This document shows positions 17,581 to 27,217 of a stretch of 40,292 nt of DNA, piece after piece. Source of the DNA: Hadesarchaea archaeon (GTDB lineage Archaea; Hadarchaeota; Hadarchaeia; Hadarchaeales; JAGGTB01); assembly GCA_021163965.1 (NCBI GenBank), contig JAGGTB010000025.1, positions 1 to 40,292 on the forward strand, written 5' to 3'. Position 1 is the stretch's first letter, and every line of letters starts with the position of its first letter. The notes below the pieces were generated by a model, which saw only the letters and a list, made by a program, of their open reading frames with translations, did no database searches and was not told the DNA's origin. The translations under genes were made by a program, and so were the position numbers.

Positions 17581-17952
17581 ATGCCAATTTGGGTTTTGGT
17601 TGATACTGGCAGTCCTTGGACAGCAATAACTCCCTATGATGCAATGAAGCTGGCTATCCCCACTTCGGCTCTGAAAGTGGATGCCAAGTACCCTAACATC
17701 CTGTTTGCCGGTGAGAAATTTCGGAGGTTGATACTAAAGGACGTTGACTTAAGGATTAGAGATGAGGCAGGGAAAACAATAGCTTTTGATTTACCATCGG
17801 TTAGCATTTTAAGTCCCACGAGGAACGTTCCCCCCAAAGAATTCAAAGGGATTCCAAGTGTTTTAGGAGACGATTTCCTAGATGCGAAAGGATTTTGTTT
17901 GCATTTTGACCCAAGCAAGAGGGAGGCTTTTCTTTTTAGCGAGGAAATTTGA
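17581..17952 (+). CDS. retropepsin-like aspartic protease (DTG active-site motif), probably N-terminally frameshifted (upstream piece 17487-17603)
   Basis: VLVDTGSPWTAI catalytic motif only 8 residues from the M. A 38-codon ORF (MKIPLRIRIRFDQPMPFAFIGFKIPQIP...) in another frame supplies the expected N-terminal strand. Confidence 0.65.
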   Translation: MPIWVLVDTGSPWTAITPYDAMKLAIPTSALKVDAKYPNILFAGEKFRRLILKDVDLRIRDEAGKTIAFDLPSVSILSPTRNVPPKEFKGIPSVLGDDFLDAKGFCLHFDPSKREAFLFSEEI

Positions 17953-17970
17953 CCTTAGGGTTCACTAAAT

Positions 17971-17989
17971 TATGATATAACAAGGATTT
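17971..17989. repeat. palindrome-containing repeat, copy 3 (truncated: TATGATATAACAAGGATTT)
   Basis: It shares the right half ATAACAAnGATTT plus the following CGCCCGG with the other copies. Confidence 0.55.
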
Positions 17990-18115
17990 CGCCCGGCTGA
18001 GAGGGATTTACGTTTCGAAGACGATGACACGGGGGATGACGGGTTCCGGCCACCGATACCCGCTTTAGATGAAGAATCACCTCCCACAAATTCCCGCCCC
18101 CGGCTCAAGTCGGGC

Positions 18116-18139
18116 ATTTGTTATATATAACAACGATTT
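18116..18139. repeat. palindrome-containing repeat, copy 4 (ATTTGTTATATATAACAACGATTT)
   Basis: Perfect 16-nt palindrome TTGTTATATATAACAA, located 18 nt past the cbf5 stop. Confidence 0.8.
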
Positions 18140-18156
18140 GGTGGGTGCCAGCATCA

Positions 18157-19149
18157 TCACCACTTCCGCGGGTAAGTGCCGGGCTCCATCACGACTCTCT
18201 CGGGCTTGGCGACTATCCCGTGATCCGCTTCCCGGATTTCCCTAGACGTCATGAGGCTCTTGGCCAGGGCTATGAGTTCCCCCTTTAGAGTCATGAGCGC
18301 GACGAGGGTCCCCAGCGAGATCCCCGTCTCCACGCCCAGAACCCCCGGGGCAGCCAAGCTAGCCCCGTGACAGATGGCATCAACAGCGGCGTCGCGAACG
18401 AAAATCTTAGGCAAGTGCGAGACGGCCACCTCTACTGGCTGAACCACCTCGCGGAGGTATTTTTCCGTTCCGTTCTCCTTCCAGAAAGCGTACGCATCCG
18501 CCAGGTCGTGAAGCTTCACGAGGGACTCATCCTCCCTAAAGGGGCCGGTTCGGGTCCTCCGCAGCTCGACCATGTGGGCGCCGCACCCGAGGGCCTTCCC
18601 CATATCGTGGCAGAGCTTCCGCACGTAGGTACCCGCTTGGCACCCGAGGCGGAAGAGCACATCCCTCCCATCCCTTTCGATGAGCTCGAGGTAATAGATC
18701 CTGCGCCTCCTGAGGCTCCTCCGCACGGCGGCGCGGACGGGAGGGCGCTGGTAGATCTCCCCCTCGAACTCCTTCATGACTTGCTCGAGGAGGTGATCGG
18801 GTACATCTCCGTGAAGGTGCATGAGGCAAATGTACTCCTTACCTGCTGGAAGAAGCACCTGCATTACCTTCGTGGCCCTTTGAAGGGCAACGGGCAGGAC
18901 CCCGCTGACCTTTGGGTCGAGCGTCCCCCCGTGACCGGCCTTCGGCACCTCCAATATGCGCTTCACCCAGCTTACCAGTTCGTGAGACGTCGGGCCCACG
19001 GGCTTGTCTAAGTTGATCACACCTAAGCGGAGGTAATCCGTAATGGCTCTCTCCCTAGGTTCACAACCGTAATCGGGGTTCGACACATCGTGGGCGCGGA
19101 TTAAAACCTCCCGCCTAACATCGGAGGGCAAGCTACCCAACTTCCCCAC
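18157..19149 (-). CDS. cbf5: H/ACA RNP pseudouridine synthase Cbf5 (TruB family) with PUA domain
   Basis: INLDKPVGPTSHE...GHGGTLDPKVSGVLPV catalytic motif; 330 aa. Confidence 0.95.
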   Translation of the reverse strand: MGKLGSLPSDVRREVLIRAHDVSNPDYGCEPRERAITDYLRLGVINLDKPVGPTSHELVSWVKRILEVPKAGHGGTLDPKVSGVLPVALQRATKVMQVLLPAGKEYICLMHLHGDVPDHLLEQVMKEFEGEIYQRPPVRAAVRRSLRRRRIYYLELIERDGRDVLFRLGCQAGTYVRKLCHDMGKALGCGAHMVELRRTRTGPFREDESLVKLHDLADAYAFWKENGTEKYLREVVQPVEVAVSHLPKIFVRDAAVDAICHGASLAAPGVLGVETGISLGTLVALMTLKGELIALAKSLMTSREIREADHGIVAKPERVVMEPGTYPRKW

Positions 19150-19494
19150 CTAGCCCTCCGGCCCCTTCTCCGCCGGCTCCTCCGAAGCCCGTTCCTCCGG
19201 TTCCTCCTTTCGAGGCCCCTCCATCGCTGGCTCCTGCGTCTCCACTGCGCCTCCTCGCTTTCCCTCTCCAGCCCTTTCCGCAGTCTCGAGAGCGCGTGCG
19301 ACCTCCTCGTCGGGAGCATCGCGCCCTATATCCAGCTTCATCTCAAGGGGTTCGAGATGCTTGATATTACATCGGCGTCGTCTGACCTCCGGCCCGCTGA
19401 CCAGAACGTATGTTTCGTCTATTACGTCTACGACCACGCACTTCTTGCCCGCTTCCCTTCCGGCTGTTTTCACGCAGACCCTTCCAATGTCCAC
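19150..19494 (-). CDS. rpl14e: 50S ribosomal protein L14e (eL14) with an acidic low-complexity C-terminal tail
   Basis: [26 protein letters not shown]-like N-terminus. The tail of about 45 aa is E/P/A-rich. Confidence 0.85.
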   Translation of the reverse strand: MDIGRVCVKTAGREAGKKCVVVDVIDETYVLVSGPEVRRRRCNIKHLEPLEMKLDIGRDAPDEEVARALETAERAGEGKRGGAVETQEPAMEGPRKEEPEERASEEPAEKGPEG

Positions 19495-20039
19495 TATTCA
19501 TCCCCCCTATTCTTTCTCGTCATTAATTCAATTACCTTCTCGAGCACTTGAACCACTTCCCTCTCATTCAGCCTCTCCGTGCTGAGGACTACATCGAATA
19601 CCGAGTGATCATTTAGGTCGATACCGTAAAGTTTCTTATAGCGTTTAGCCTCGCTTCGCTCCCTGGCGAGAGTTTCCCTCATCACGTCGTCGACATCCCT
19701 GTTTTCCCTCTTAGCGATGCGTTGCACCCTCGTCTCAAGTGATGCCGTCAACAGGATTTTTACATCGGCGCTCTTTGCCATCCAGCCGGCAAGCCGGGCA
19801 TCGATCAGCACATTGCCTGACTTCGCCTCCTCCGCCGAGCGCTCGTCTATCTCCCGATCTATCTCGGGGTGTCCCTCAACGTAACGCGAGAACTCATCAA
19901 GCGACATCCCCCGCTCCCTTGCCATCTGCCTGAAGACAACGCCAGCTGATACATACCGAAGGCCGAACTTCTTCGCCAAGGCCTTCGCGGCAGTCGTCTT
20001 TCCGGCCCCATGCAATCCGCTGATCGCGACGGTCGGCAC
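19494..20039 (-). CDS. cmk: cytidylate kinase, archaeal type
   Basis: [14 protein letters not shown]-loop. The likely start is GTG 20039, preceded by GGTGAG; the ORF-track start at 20138 overlaps the upstream gene. Confidence 0.85.
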   Translation of the reverse strand: MPTVAISGLHGAGKTTAAKALAKKFGLRYVSAGVVFRQMARERGMSLDEFSRYVEGHPEIDREIDERSAEEAKSGNVLIDARLAGWMAKSADVKILLTASLETRVQRIAKRENRDVDDVMRETLARERSEAKRYKKLYGIDLNDHSVFDVVLSTERLNEREVVQVLEKVIELMTRKNRGDE

Positions 20040-20043
20040 GATC

Positions 20044-20889
20044 TCACCAACCCTCCCGTACCAACAGTTGCCTGAAAAATATAACAGACCCGAAGTAAGT
20101 AACGATGAGCCAAGGAAGAAGACCAAAGTGGGTCCCAATGAGTGGTAAGTTCATCCCGAGAGGGACCCAAGCGACGACCCAACCTCGATATATCCACCCA
20201 AGAAGAGCCCAAAGGAGGAAGTAAGGAACCAGGAGAAAAATTACTTGTTTCTCCGTCGTCCACCCGGACACCTGCTCGCCTAGTTCGGCGAGACGTGTCT
20301 CCAGTTCCCTTGCCTGCTTAAATTTCTTCTTCAACCGGATCTCCCGCATCTCTCTCCGTATTTCCTCCGCCTCAGCTTGAATTTCCTTCAGTCTAGACCA
20401 GTCCACGGAGTACTTGCACAAAATCGTGGAGACCGAAGCGAAAAAAGTGGATATTACGAAAACTAGGATGGCTGAATAACGGTAAATAAAGTGGAGCCCA
20501 ACTCCGGCCTCCCCGGTTGCCGATAAGAGTTTCCCACGAAGGTCACGCGCAAGACTTTCCTTCTCCTCCCTCGAAATATCCTGATTATCCAACTTGGAAT
20601 AGAGGGACACGAAGTCGCCGTTTATTTGGTCAACTAGAGCATCATCAAAATTCTCGATCACCCCCCGGATTCTCAAATATTGTCCGTATGCCCTCGCCAA
20701 CTCGTTCTTCGCATTGCTAATCCTCCCATTTCGAATGGCCGCAATCGAATCGTCAATATGCCTGAACATGTCTTCGACGGTTCGATTTCCCACGTGACCT
20801 TTCACAGCTACCGACGCTAGGATTGTGGAGATGATTGTTGCCACCGTCACGCAAGCTAGCACCGCCCTAGTTCGACTCACCTCAATCAC
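20044..20889 (-). CDS. DUF106 / EMC3-YidC-like membrane protein, paralog 2, with N-terminal TM + helical extension
   Basis: It occupies the conserved adk-DUF106-cmk position. A coiled-coil basic loop (EIRREMREIRLKKKFKQARELE) sits between TM helices. It shares IYRY, KY.VDW and GWVVAW.P with the neighbouring ORF. Confidence 0.65.
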   Translation of the reverse strand: MIEVSRTRAVLACVTVATIISTILASVAVKGHVGNRTVEDMFRHIDDSIAAIRNGRISNAKNELARAYGQYLRIRGVIENFDDALVDQINGDFVSLYSKLDNQDISREEKESLARDLRGKLLSATGEAGVGLHFIYRYSAILVFVISTFFASVSTILCKYSVDWSRLKEIQAEAEEIRREMREIRLKKKFKQARELETRLAELGEQVSGWTTEKQVIFLLVPYFLLWALLGWIYRGWVVAWVPLGMNLPLIGTHFGLLPWLIVTYFGSVIFFRQLLVREGW

Positions 20890-21694
20890 CGATTATCAAT
20901 TTTCTAAAGACGAAAGATGTCCCGAACGAGCAGATGACATACCAAGAGATGAATCCCATCGAGACCATTCCGAGAACGGGGAGGGTAAAGGGTAACCAAG
21001 CCACCACCCACCCAGAATAGAGCCACCACAAGAATCTAAAAAGTACGAAGAAGGGGGCCATGTAGATAACCGTGGGTTTCATCACTTCAATCATCATCCT
21101 GCTTTGGATGGGCGCAATGTTTTTCCTCTGCTCGATCTCCAACTTGTGCAGACGTTTAAAATCGCGAGTGCGGTATGCCTCCCTGTATTCACGAGTGTAT
21201 CTGTTGATGGTCTCCCTAGCATTCCTCACCCATTCCCAGTCGACAATGTACTTGCTCACCAAATTTACCAACACGTTGAGAACCACGGAAATGAGCAGAA
21301 CTAAATAAACAGCGTACCGATAAATGGGGGAGATCCCAGCACCTGCTCGCTCTCCAATGCTCGATATCATAGACCGTAACTCTTGAATATTTTCCTTCGT
21401 CGGCTGTTGCACGAGCGAATCAAAGGTCTGAATAATCCGCTCGTTCTCCTCTTGAGTTATGGCTCCGGGAGGGAGGTTCCCCGCAAATTCCACGTAATAC
21501 TCGCGCGCGTTTTCGATGGGTGCCTTCGCAGAATTCTCATCCCCCCTTCGAATAGCCACAATGGCGCTGTCGAGTTTGTTCAGGGTTTTCCAGAGGGGCT
21601 CCCTCTCGGGGGGTGAAGGAGCATATAACCATACAATTAGTACCACCACAATCGTGATGATCCCCAAGGTCTTGAACTTACTCAACCCAGTCAC
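20882..21694 (-). CDS. DUF106 / EMC3-YidC-like membrane protein, paralog 1, with N-terminal TM + helical extension
   Basis: It has the same architecture and shared motifs as 20044-20889, and its start overlaps the adk stop. Confidence 0.65.
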   Translation of the reverse strand: MTGLSKFKTLGIITIVVVLIVWLYAPSPPEREPLWKTLNKLDSAIVAIRRGDENSAKAPIENAREYYVEFAGNLPPGAITQEENERIIQTFDSLVQQPTKENIQELRSMISSIGERAGAGISPIYRYAVYLVLLISVVLNVLVNLVSKYIVDWEWVRNARETINRYTREYREAYRTRDFKRLHKLEIEQRKNIAPIQSRMMIEVMKPTVIYMAPFFVLFRFLWWLYSGWVVAWLPFTLPVLGMVSMGFISWYVICSFGTSFVFRKLIIGD

Positions 21695-22266
21695 CTGAGG
21701 GCTTTGACCATCTCATCCGCAGCCTCGTCGACACGACCCTCCCTGTTCTTAATTATCTTCACCGTAGCTCCCGTCATCATGGCGTACGCCATTGCCGCCG
21801 CGCGATTCATTTGCTGGTGCTCAGATATCTCCTCCGAGAGTTCCTCATCCCTGCGCCTGCTTGCGTCCCTGCTTCTCCTCTTGGCAATCTCCTCTGGGCT
21901 CGCCTCCACTATGATCAGGACCCTCGGATTCAACCTCTCGAGCACCCACTTCGGAAGTCCCGGGAAGTAACCCTCGGGTTTCTTCACCGTACAGTGGGTA
22001 TCGACGAGTACTGGCTTCTCCTTTGCCAGATTTGCTATCCTCTCGGCTGCCCCTTCTTGGATTCTCCGGTAAATCTCATACTTTATTTTTCGCATTTCAT
22101 CCCGATCTTTTACCCCGACCTCCTCCCGCGCTATCTCCAACATGACATCGCCGTAGTTGACCAGCTCGTATTCCAGACCCACTTCCTTGAGCCTCTCCAA
22201 CGCCAGCTTGACAACCGTGCTCTTCCCTACGCCAGGAACTCCGGTTACGACCGCCAGTCTACTCAC
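21691..22266 (-). CDS. adkA: adenylate kinase, archaeal type
   Basis: VVTGVPGVGKST P-loop; 191 aa; downstream of secY. Confidence 0.9.
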   Translation of the reverse strand: MSRLAVVTGVPGVGKSTVVKLALERLKEVGLEYELVNYGDVMLEIAREEVGVKDRDEMRKIKYEIYRRIQEGAAERIANLAKEKPVLVDTHCTVKKPEGYFPGLPKWVLERLNPRVLIIVEASPEEIAKRRSRDASRRRDEELSEEISEHQQMNRAAAMAYAMMTGATVKIIKNREGRVDEAADEMVKALR

Positions 22267-23593
22267 CGAGGAACCTCCTAGCCATCGGAAACATCTCCGA
22301 TATTTGTTCCCTAGCCATCTCTTGGTATAGTCTATAGACTATGCTCACGGTCAGTAATATACCCGTGCCGCTACCCAGAGCACCCAAGAAGTCCGCTCCA
22401 GCCGACAACGCACCGACCGCAGCACCGCCCAGAAGCGTGACCGCAGTGATGTAACGGCTTAACACGCGCTCCATAATTCTAATATCCCGTCTGAAACCGG
22501 GAATCGACATCCCGGAGCGGTGGAGCTGCTGAGCCACATCCCTGGGGCCCATATTGGTCATGTTGATCCACATCCAAGCAAATCCCATGGACGCGCCCAC
22601 TAAGATAACCAAGTACACCACGGCCCGAATGGGATCAGCAGCCACTTGAGTGAGACCATTCGGGGAATTTAGATACGTGTTAATAAACTCCTGGAAGGAT
22701 CCGCCAAAAATTCTTCCGATGAGCCGGAAATTCGCGAAAAGTACGGAAGCCAAAATCACCGGAATGACGGAGGCGTAGAAGAACCGAATGGGGTATCTGC
22801 CACGAATTCCCCCAAAGCGACTGTAGGCGAGCGGAACCTCGACCCGCACATTTTCCGCATAGATGACTATGAAGAATATTGCCAAGGTTGCCAGCACGCC
22901 CACCATGCTCGGCTCGGGCCATGGTCTGTAAAAGACCCCATCAACAAAAAACTTGGGGATGGCTCCACCGAGCTCTCCTGGGAAGGCACCAGACTCGAGT
23001 GGATTAAACGCCTGCCAGAATACTGCCGAAGCCACTCCGCCAGCGATGAATAAACTTATCCCGCTTCCGAATCCGTACTTCGACACCAACTCGTCGAGGT
23101 AAATCACTATGATGACCCCCAGCGTGAGCTGGGCTATCAGAAGCAAAATAGCTTGAAGTGAAATCGGGGAGCCGAAAGCGCCGCCGAGCGTATAGGCTGC
23201 GGCTTGGATAACGCCGATGAAAATGGCCAGCATTTTCTGCACCCCTGTGAAGAGCGCCCGATCTCTAGATTGGGTGAGGTCCAAATTGATGATCCTCGCG
23301 CCGACCAAAAGCTGCATGATAATGCCGGCCGTGACTATTGGCCCAATCCCAAGTTGCATTAGTGTCCCACTTCGGCTGGCAAGAATGTATTGGAAACTAC
23401 CCCACCAGTTCTGCGCTTCAGCCGCCATCCCGTACAGCGGGATTTGGGCCATTATCAGATAGACAACCAAAGTCAGAGCTGACCAGATGAATTTTTCTTT
23501 AAACGGCACGTGTCGCTTCGGGACGGATACTTCGGGGAGCTTACGGACGAGAGGCTCAAAAACATAAAGCTTCGATTTTGGCGCTTCCTCCAC
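22259..23593 (-). CDS. secY: preprotein translocase subunit SecY
   Basis: 444 aa with 10 TM-like segments and N-terminal ...PFKEKFIWSALTLVVYLIMAQIPLYG; synteny after L15. Confidence 0.95.
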   Translation of the reverse strand: MEEAPKSKLYVFEPLVRKLPEVSVPKRHVPFKEKFIWSALTLVVYLIMAQIPLYGMAAEAQNWWGSFQYILASRSGTLMQLGIGPIVTAGIIMQLLVGARIINLDLTQSRDRALFTGVQKMLAIFIGVIQAAAYTLGGAFGSPISLQAILLLIAQLTLGVIIVIYLDELVSKYGFGSGISLFIAGGVASAVFWQAFNPLESGAFPGELGGAIPKFFVDGVFYRPWPEPSMVGVLATLAIFFIVIYAENVRVEVPLAYSRFGGIRGRYPIRFFYASVIPVILASVLFANFRLIGRIFGGSFQEFINTYLNSPNGLTQVAADPIRAVVYLVILVGASMGFAWMWINMTNMGPRDVAQQLHRSGMSIPGFRRDIRIMERVLSRYITAVTLLGGAAVGALSAGADFLGALGSGTGILLTVSIVYRLYQEMAREQISEMFPMARRFLGE

Positions 23594-23598
23594 CTAAC

Positions 23599-24042
23599 TC
23601 ACCCGGCTACCGCTTCGCCACCTGCGCCTTCTATTTTCTCCTTCGCCAGCTTCGAGAATTCCTTAGCCACGACTTTCATCGCACGGGTTACTCTCCCCCT
23701 ACCCAATACCTTCTCGACACCCAACTTGTCAACCTCCACCACAAACTTGCCGTCCTCGCGCCTGACCTCCTCTTTCTCGATGAGCCTATCCAAGAGCTGG
23801 TCAAGTTCCCCCACATTAATAGTAGGCTTTACAATCCCGGCCTTCTTGGCCACGGACTTGAACCCTCTCTTACCGAAATACTCGATTCCGCTCCTGACTA
23901 TGGTGGTCCACTTGTGCTTGTGACTACCGGCCATCCCCCTTCCACCCTTATGTCCGGCGCCACGACGCTTTTTCACGCTCCCTCCACCCATCGTCCGCGA
24001 TCCGCGCATTTTCTGAACCTTTCTGCGTCTACGGACGACCAT
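23599..24042 (-). CDS. rpl15: 50S ribosomal protein L15 (uL15)
   Basis: RGSRTMGGGSVKKRRGAGHKGGRG; synteny. Confidence 0.95.
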   Translation of the reverse strand: MVVRRRRKVQKMRGSRTMGGGSVKKRRGAGHKGGRGMAGSHKHKWTTIVRSGIEYFGKRGFKSVAKKAGIVKPTINVGELDQLLDRLIEKEEVRREDGKFVVEVDKLGVEKVLGRGRVTRAMKVVAKEFSKLAKEKIEGAGGEAVAG

Positions 24043-24050
24043 CGAACCAC

Positions 24051-24527
24051 CTAGCTCATGCGTAAAATTAAATCGTTTATTTCACTGCCTCGGTATCCGA
24101 GCGCTCCGCCATCTTTTATTGGGCGCTTAATCCTCCCGTACCCTCCCTTGGGCGGGTGAAGACGAAAAACCTTCTTCAATCCGGGCAAATCCTCAATCTT
24201 CGCTCTCCCCTCCAAAAGCGCGCGCGAAAATTCCCCAATCGATTTGAACTCAGTGTTCGAGCTGACAAACTCGTCCGTTAAACGCTTGTCCCCCAGCAGC
24301 CTACCCCTCTTGCGCAAAAGATGCTCGAGAGTCTCCGGAGAAATTTCCCCCCAGGTTATTGCATCCTTCACCTTTTGAAGCATTCCCTTATACGATGGGG
24401 AATCCTCGATTATCACACAATGGTTCACTCTAGTCAGCCCGAGCATCCGCAAGGTATCTTTAACCTCTTTCCTGAGCCCAATCCCCCCCCGCACCCTGAC
24501 AACCGCTAGCTTAGTCAGATTCCTCAC
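24051..24527 (-). CDS. rpl30: 50S ribosomal protein L30 (uL30)
   Basis: [25 protein letters not shown]; synteny. Confidence 0.95.
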   Translation of the reverse strand: MRNLTKLAVVRVRGGIGLRKEVKDTLRMLGLTRVNHCVIIEDSPSYKGMLQKVKDAITWGEISPETLEHLLRKRGRLLGDKRLTDEFVSSNTEFKSIGEFSRALLEGRAKIEDLPGLKKVFRLHPPKGGYGRIKRPIKDGGALGYRGSEINDLILRMS

Positions 24528-25188
24528 CTATTTCCCCTATGACTATGTGCTTTGAGTACGGCTCGCGTGTGGCCATCCTGACCGTCTGTTTCAAAGCGTC
24601 GAAGGTGGCCAGCGCAAAATTTACAGTAGTTCGGGTATTGCCCCTAGCCTGAGTCCACACATCCTTGACCCCAGCCTGACGCAGAATTATCTTCGGGACC
24701 TCCGCCGCCGCTAGGCCAAGCCCACGCGGAGCCGGTATCAGCCTAATGCTAACTCCTCCCTTCTTCCCGACGACCTCAAACGGTAGCGAATGTGGCCGAC
24801 CACACCTGCATTCCCAGCTACCGCAACCCCGGGCAATCTCAATCACACTCATTTTAGCCGCAGTGATCGCCTTCCTCACGGCCAATCCAATTCCACTACT
24901 ACTGGCGTGAGCCACCCCCACTATTCCGTTCCCATTGCCCACCACGGCCGTCACCCTGAACTTCGTCCTCCGCCCCGACCTGTGCATTCGCTGAACCAAA
25001 TTAACTCCGAGTATCTCTTCCTTGAGATTGGGGACGAGAGCATCAATTATCTCCGGCTCGGGAGGACGTTTTCCACTACGTAAGATTTGCGAGATGCTGG
25101 TGATCTCTCCCTCCTTCACCTTACGCCCGAGGGAAGTTTTCGGCTCCCAAAGTTCTACATCAAATTCCTCCATTCTCCGACCCCACAC
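24511..25188 (-). CDS. rps5: 30S ribosomal protein S5 (uS5)
   Basis: [20 protein letters not shown]...; synteny. Confidence 0.95.
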   Translation of the reverse strand: MWGRRMEEFDVELWEPKTSLGRKVKEGEITSISQILRSGKRPPEPEIIDALVPNLKEEILGVNLVQRMHRSGRRTKFRVTAVVGNGNGIVGVAHASSSGIGLAVRKAITAAKMSVIEIARGCGSWECRCGRPHSLPFEVVGKKGGVSIRLIPAPRGLGLAAAEVPKIILRQAGVKDVWTQARGNTRTTVNFALATFDALKQTVRMATREPYSKHIVIGEIGEESD

Positions 25189-25768
25189 TTGCGGTTATTG
25201 CTTCCTTAACTCGTTTAAAATGCTCGGGAACATCTTCAGGATTAAGACCCTTGGCCAGATATCCGGAAAACTGGGTCCGATACCTCTTCTCATCTGACCT
25301 GAGCTTGGCCGCATACTGGGAGATCTGGCCACCACAAATTCGCTCCTCAGACGGGAATATATTCTCACCGTGAGGGATGTCCAACCCAGCATCTAGCGCA
25401 CCCTTTAGGGCCGCAAACGCCCTTCCTTGAGGAACTGGGACGTGTGCATTCAAATCCAAAACGCACGTAGTTATGCCAGCCTTAATCGTCCGATACCCGC
25501 ACAGAAGACCCGTGAGATAAGCCGCTGGCACGTTTCCAGTATAAGCTTTCCAGCCGAACTTCGATAGCTCCTTTGAGTGAGCCGACGCCACCGTCAAATC
25601 CCCGCGTTGGCCAGTACGGATTACTTGAACCAACGTGTGCCTCAACGACAAACGGACAACCAACCTAGGCTTTCCCGACGAGAGGAGCTTGATCCTAAGA
25701 CGATAATCGGTCTTGCCTTCTCGCTTGCGTCTGAAGGGTACTTTCCAGCGCGGACCCATTTTTGGCAT
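25160..25768 (-). CDS. rpl18: 50S ribosomal protein L18 (uL18)
   Basis: RRKREGKTDYRLRIKLL..PRLVVR; synteny. Confidence 0.95.
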   Translation of the reverse strand: MPKMGPRWKVPFRRKREGKTDYRLRIKLLSSGKPRLVVRLSLRHTLVQVIRTGQRGDLTVASAHSKELSKFGWKAYTGNVPAAYLTGLLCGYRTIKAGITTCVLDLNAHVPVPQGRAFAALKGALDAGLDIPHGENIFPSEERICGGQISQYAAKLRSDEKRYRTQFSGYLAKGLNPEDVPEHFKRVKEAITASVGSENGGI

Positions 25769-25769
25769 G

Positions 25770-26222
25770 TTACCCCCCTACCGCTATGCCTCGCTCCTTA
25801 AGATAGGCCTCCATGTGCGCCTTACTCCTAAATGACCCGCCCTTAACCATCCTGTAGAGACGGCGATATTGCCCCTCATCGATTAGCCCTTTATCCCGAA
25901 GCTCGCGCAATCGTGCTCGAAGCGGACGCACCTTTCGAATCCATGCCTCCTTCTTCGGCGTCCTAGCCTTCGCAGCCCCCTTCCTTCTCCCGGGCCCCTT
26001 TCTCCTACCTTTCCTACGTTGTTCCAAGCGCTTTTTTGCCCTAGAGCGACTGATCCCAACCTCTGAGCGGGCCCGGATAACGCCTTCCTTTATCAACCGT
26101 CTGATGTCGTCCTTAGTAATCGCTCCTGCAACCTCTTCCTCGGCCTCCGGATCTATCCAGACCCTATTGATGCCCACCTTGAGGAGCTCAGCTGCCATCC
26201 TCCTCTGCGTGCTCAACTTCAC
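25770..26222 (-). CDS. rpl19e: 50S ribosomal protein L19e (eL19)
   Basis: [24 protein letters not shown]; synteny. Confidence 0.95.
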   Translation of the reverse strand: MKLSTQRRMAAELLKVGINRVWIDPEAEEEVAGAITKDDIRRLIKEGVIRARSEVGISRSRAKKRLEQRRKGRRKGPGRRKGAAKARTPKKEAWIRKVRPLRARLRELRDKGLIDEGQYRRLYRMVKGGSFRSKAHMEAYLKERGIAVGG

Positions 26223-26575
26223 GTCCGACCCCCCTTGGGATTGAGAACCTTCACTCTCAGTTCCTCGGCTACCTTCAGGATTTCCTCCCGCTTTCGTCGC
26301 CCGACCCGAGCACTTATCCTTACGGCGTGCCTCTCCCGATCGATTTTTCGTACGTCATCCGGGTTGTTCACCAACACCTCCACGAGACCTGAGGGGTGAA
26401 TCCCCCGAACCTCCTTCGGCTTTCTGTAACCAACTTCTGGGATGGGAGGCCTGCCCTTCTTCCTCAACCTCATTTTGCTGTCCATCCCCTTGGGCCTGCG
26501 CCAGCCCCCCTGCAACCTCTTCAACTGAGATGCCTTCTGACGCCTAAATTTTACCTTGCGCTCTTTTCTAACCAT
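26219..26575 (-). CDS. rpl32e: 50S ribosomal protein L32e (eL32)
   Basis: FRRQ....KRL...WRRPKG.DSK.R; synteny. Confidence 0.9.
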   Translation of the reverse strand: MVRKERKVKFRRQKASQLKRLQGGWRRPKGMDSKMRLRKKGRPPIPEVGYRKPKEVRGIHPSGLVEVLVNNPDDVRKIDRERHAVRISARVGRRKREEILKVAEELRVKVLNPKGGRT

Positions 26576-26576
26576 T

Positions 26577-27152
26577 TCAGCCCCTCTCCACTATGTAACA
26601 ACCATCTTGGAAAACTCTCGGATCGCGGCGCTTAATTCGCGTCGCCTGCTCTATGTTTATGGCCGTCTGTCCGACTTCTTCCTTGTTTATCCCGTAAACG
26701 ATTATTTCGTCGCCCTCAACTTTAACATCCACATCGCCCACTATCCTAGCCACCCTCGGTTTCTTCTCGCCGAGAAAGTTGTGAATCATTACCCTTTTGT
26801 CCTCCACCTTGACTGTTATCGGAAAGTGGGAGTAAACCACTCTCAGTTTGTATGTGAATCCCCCCAGCACTCCCTTTATCATGTTTTTAATGTGAGCTCC
26901 AACCGTGCCCACAAGCGCGCGATATCGACGACGATTGGAGGAGGACCTCACTACTATCGTCTGCCCCCTCTTGACCAAGGTAATTCCCGGTATATCGAAC
27001 GTCCGAGACAGTTTTCCTTTCGGACCCCTAATCTCCACTGACTTACCACTGAGCCCAGCTTCCACGTTTTCGGGAAGCTCTATCTTCCTTTGAATCCACG
27101 GAGCCTCCATTTTAAACACCAAGTTTCGCCGAATTTTCTTATCTACCCTCAA
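26577..27152 (-). CDS. rpl6: 50S ribosomal protein L6 (uL6)
   Basis: Two-domain L6 pattern, ...[14 protein letters not shown]...; synteny. The start may be the internal MEAPW. Confidence 0.95.
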   Translation of the reverse strand: MRVDKKIRRNLVFKMEAPWIQRKIELPENVEAGLSGKSVEIRGPKGKLSRTFDIPGITLVKRGQTIVVRSSSNRRRYRALVGTVGAHIKNMIKGVLGGFTYKLRVVYSHFPITVKVEDKRVMIHNFLGEKKPRVARIVGDVDVKVEGDEIIVYGINKEEVGQTAINIEQATRIKRRDPRVFQDGCYIVERG

Positions 27153-27217
27153 CTTTTCTTATATCTTTGGAACCCAAAGATTCGCTAAACTTTGGAAATC
27201 TCTGCTAATTAATGCTA

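Noticed and set aside
16986-18139. Replication origin, suggested by AT-rich perfect palindromes.
   Set aside because: There is no cdc6/orc1 gene nearby, no ORB/mini-ORB-like repeats, and the AT-rich stretches are only 10-14 nt long.
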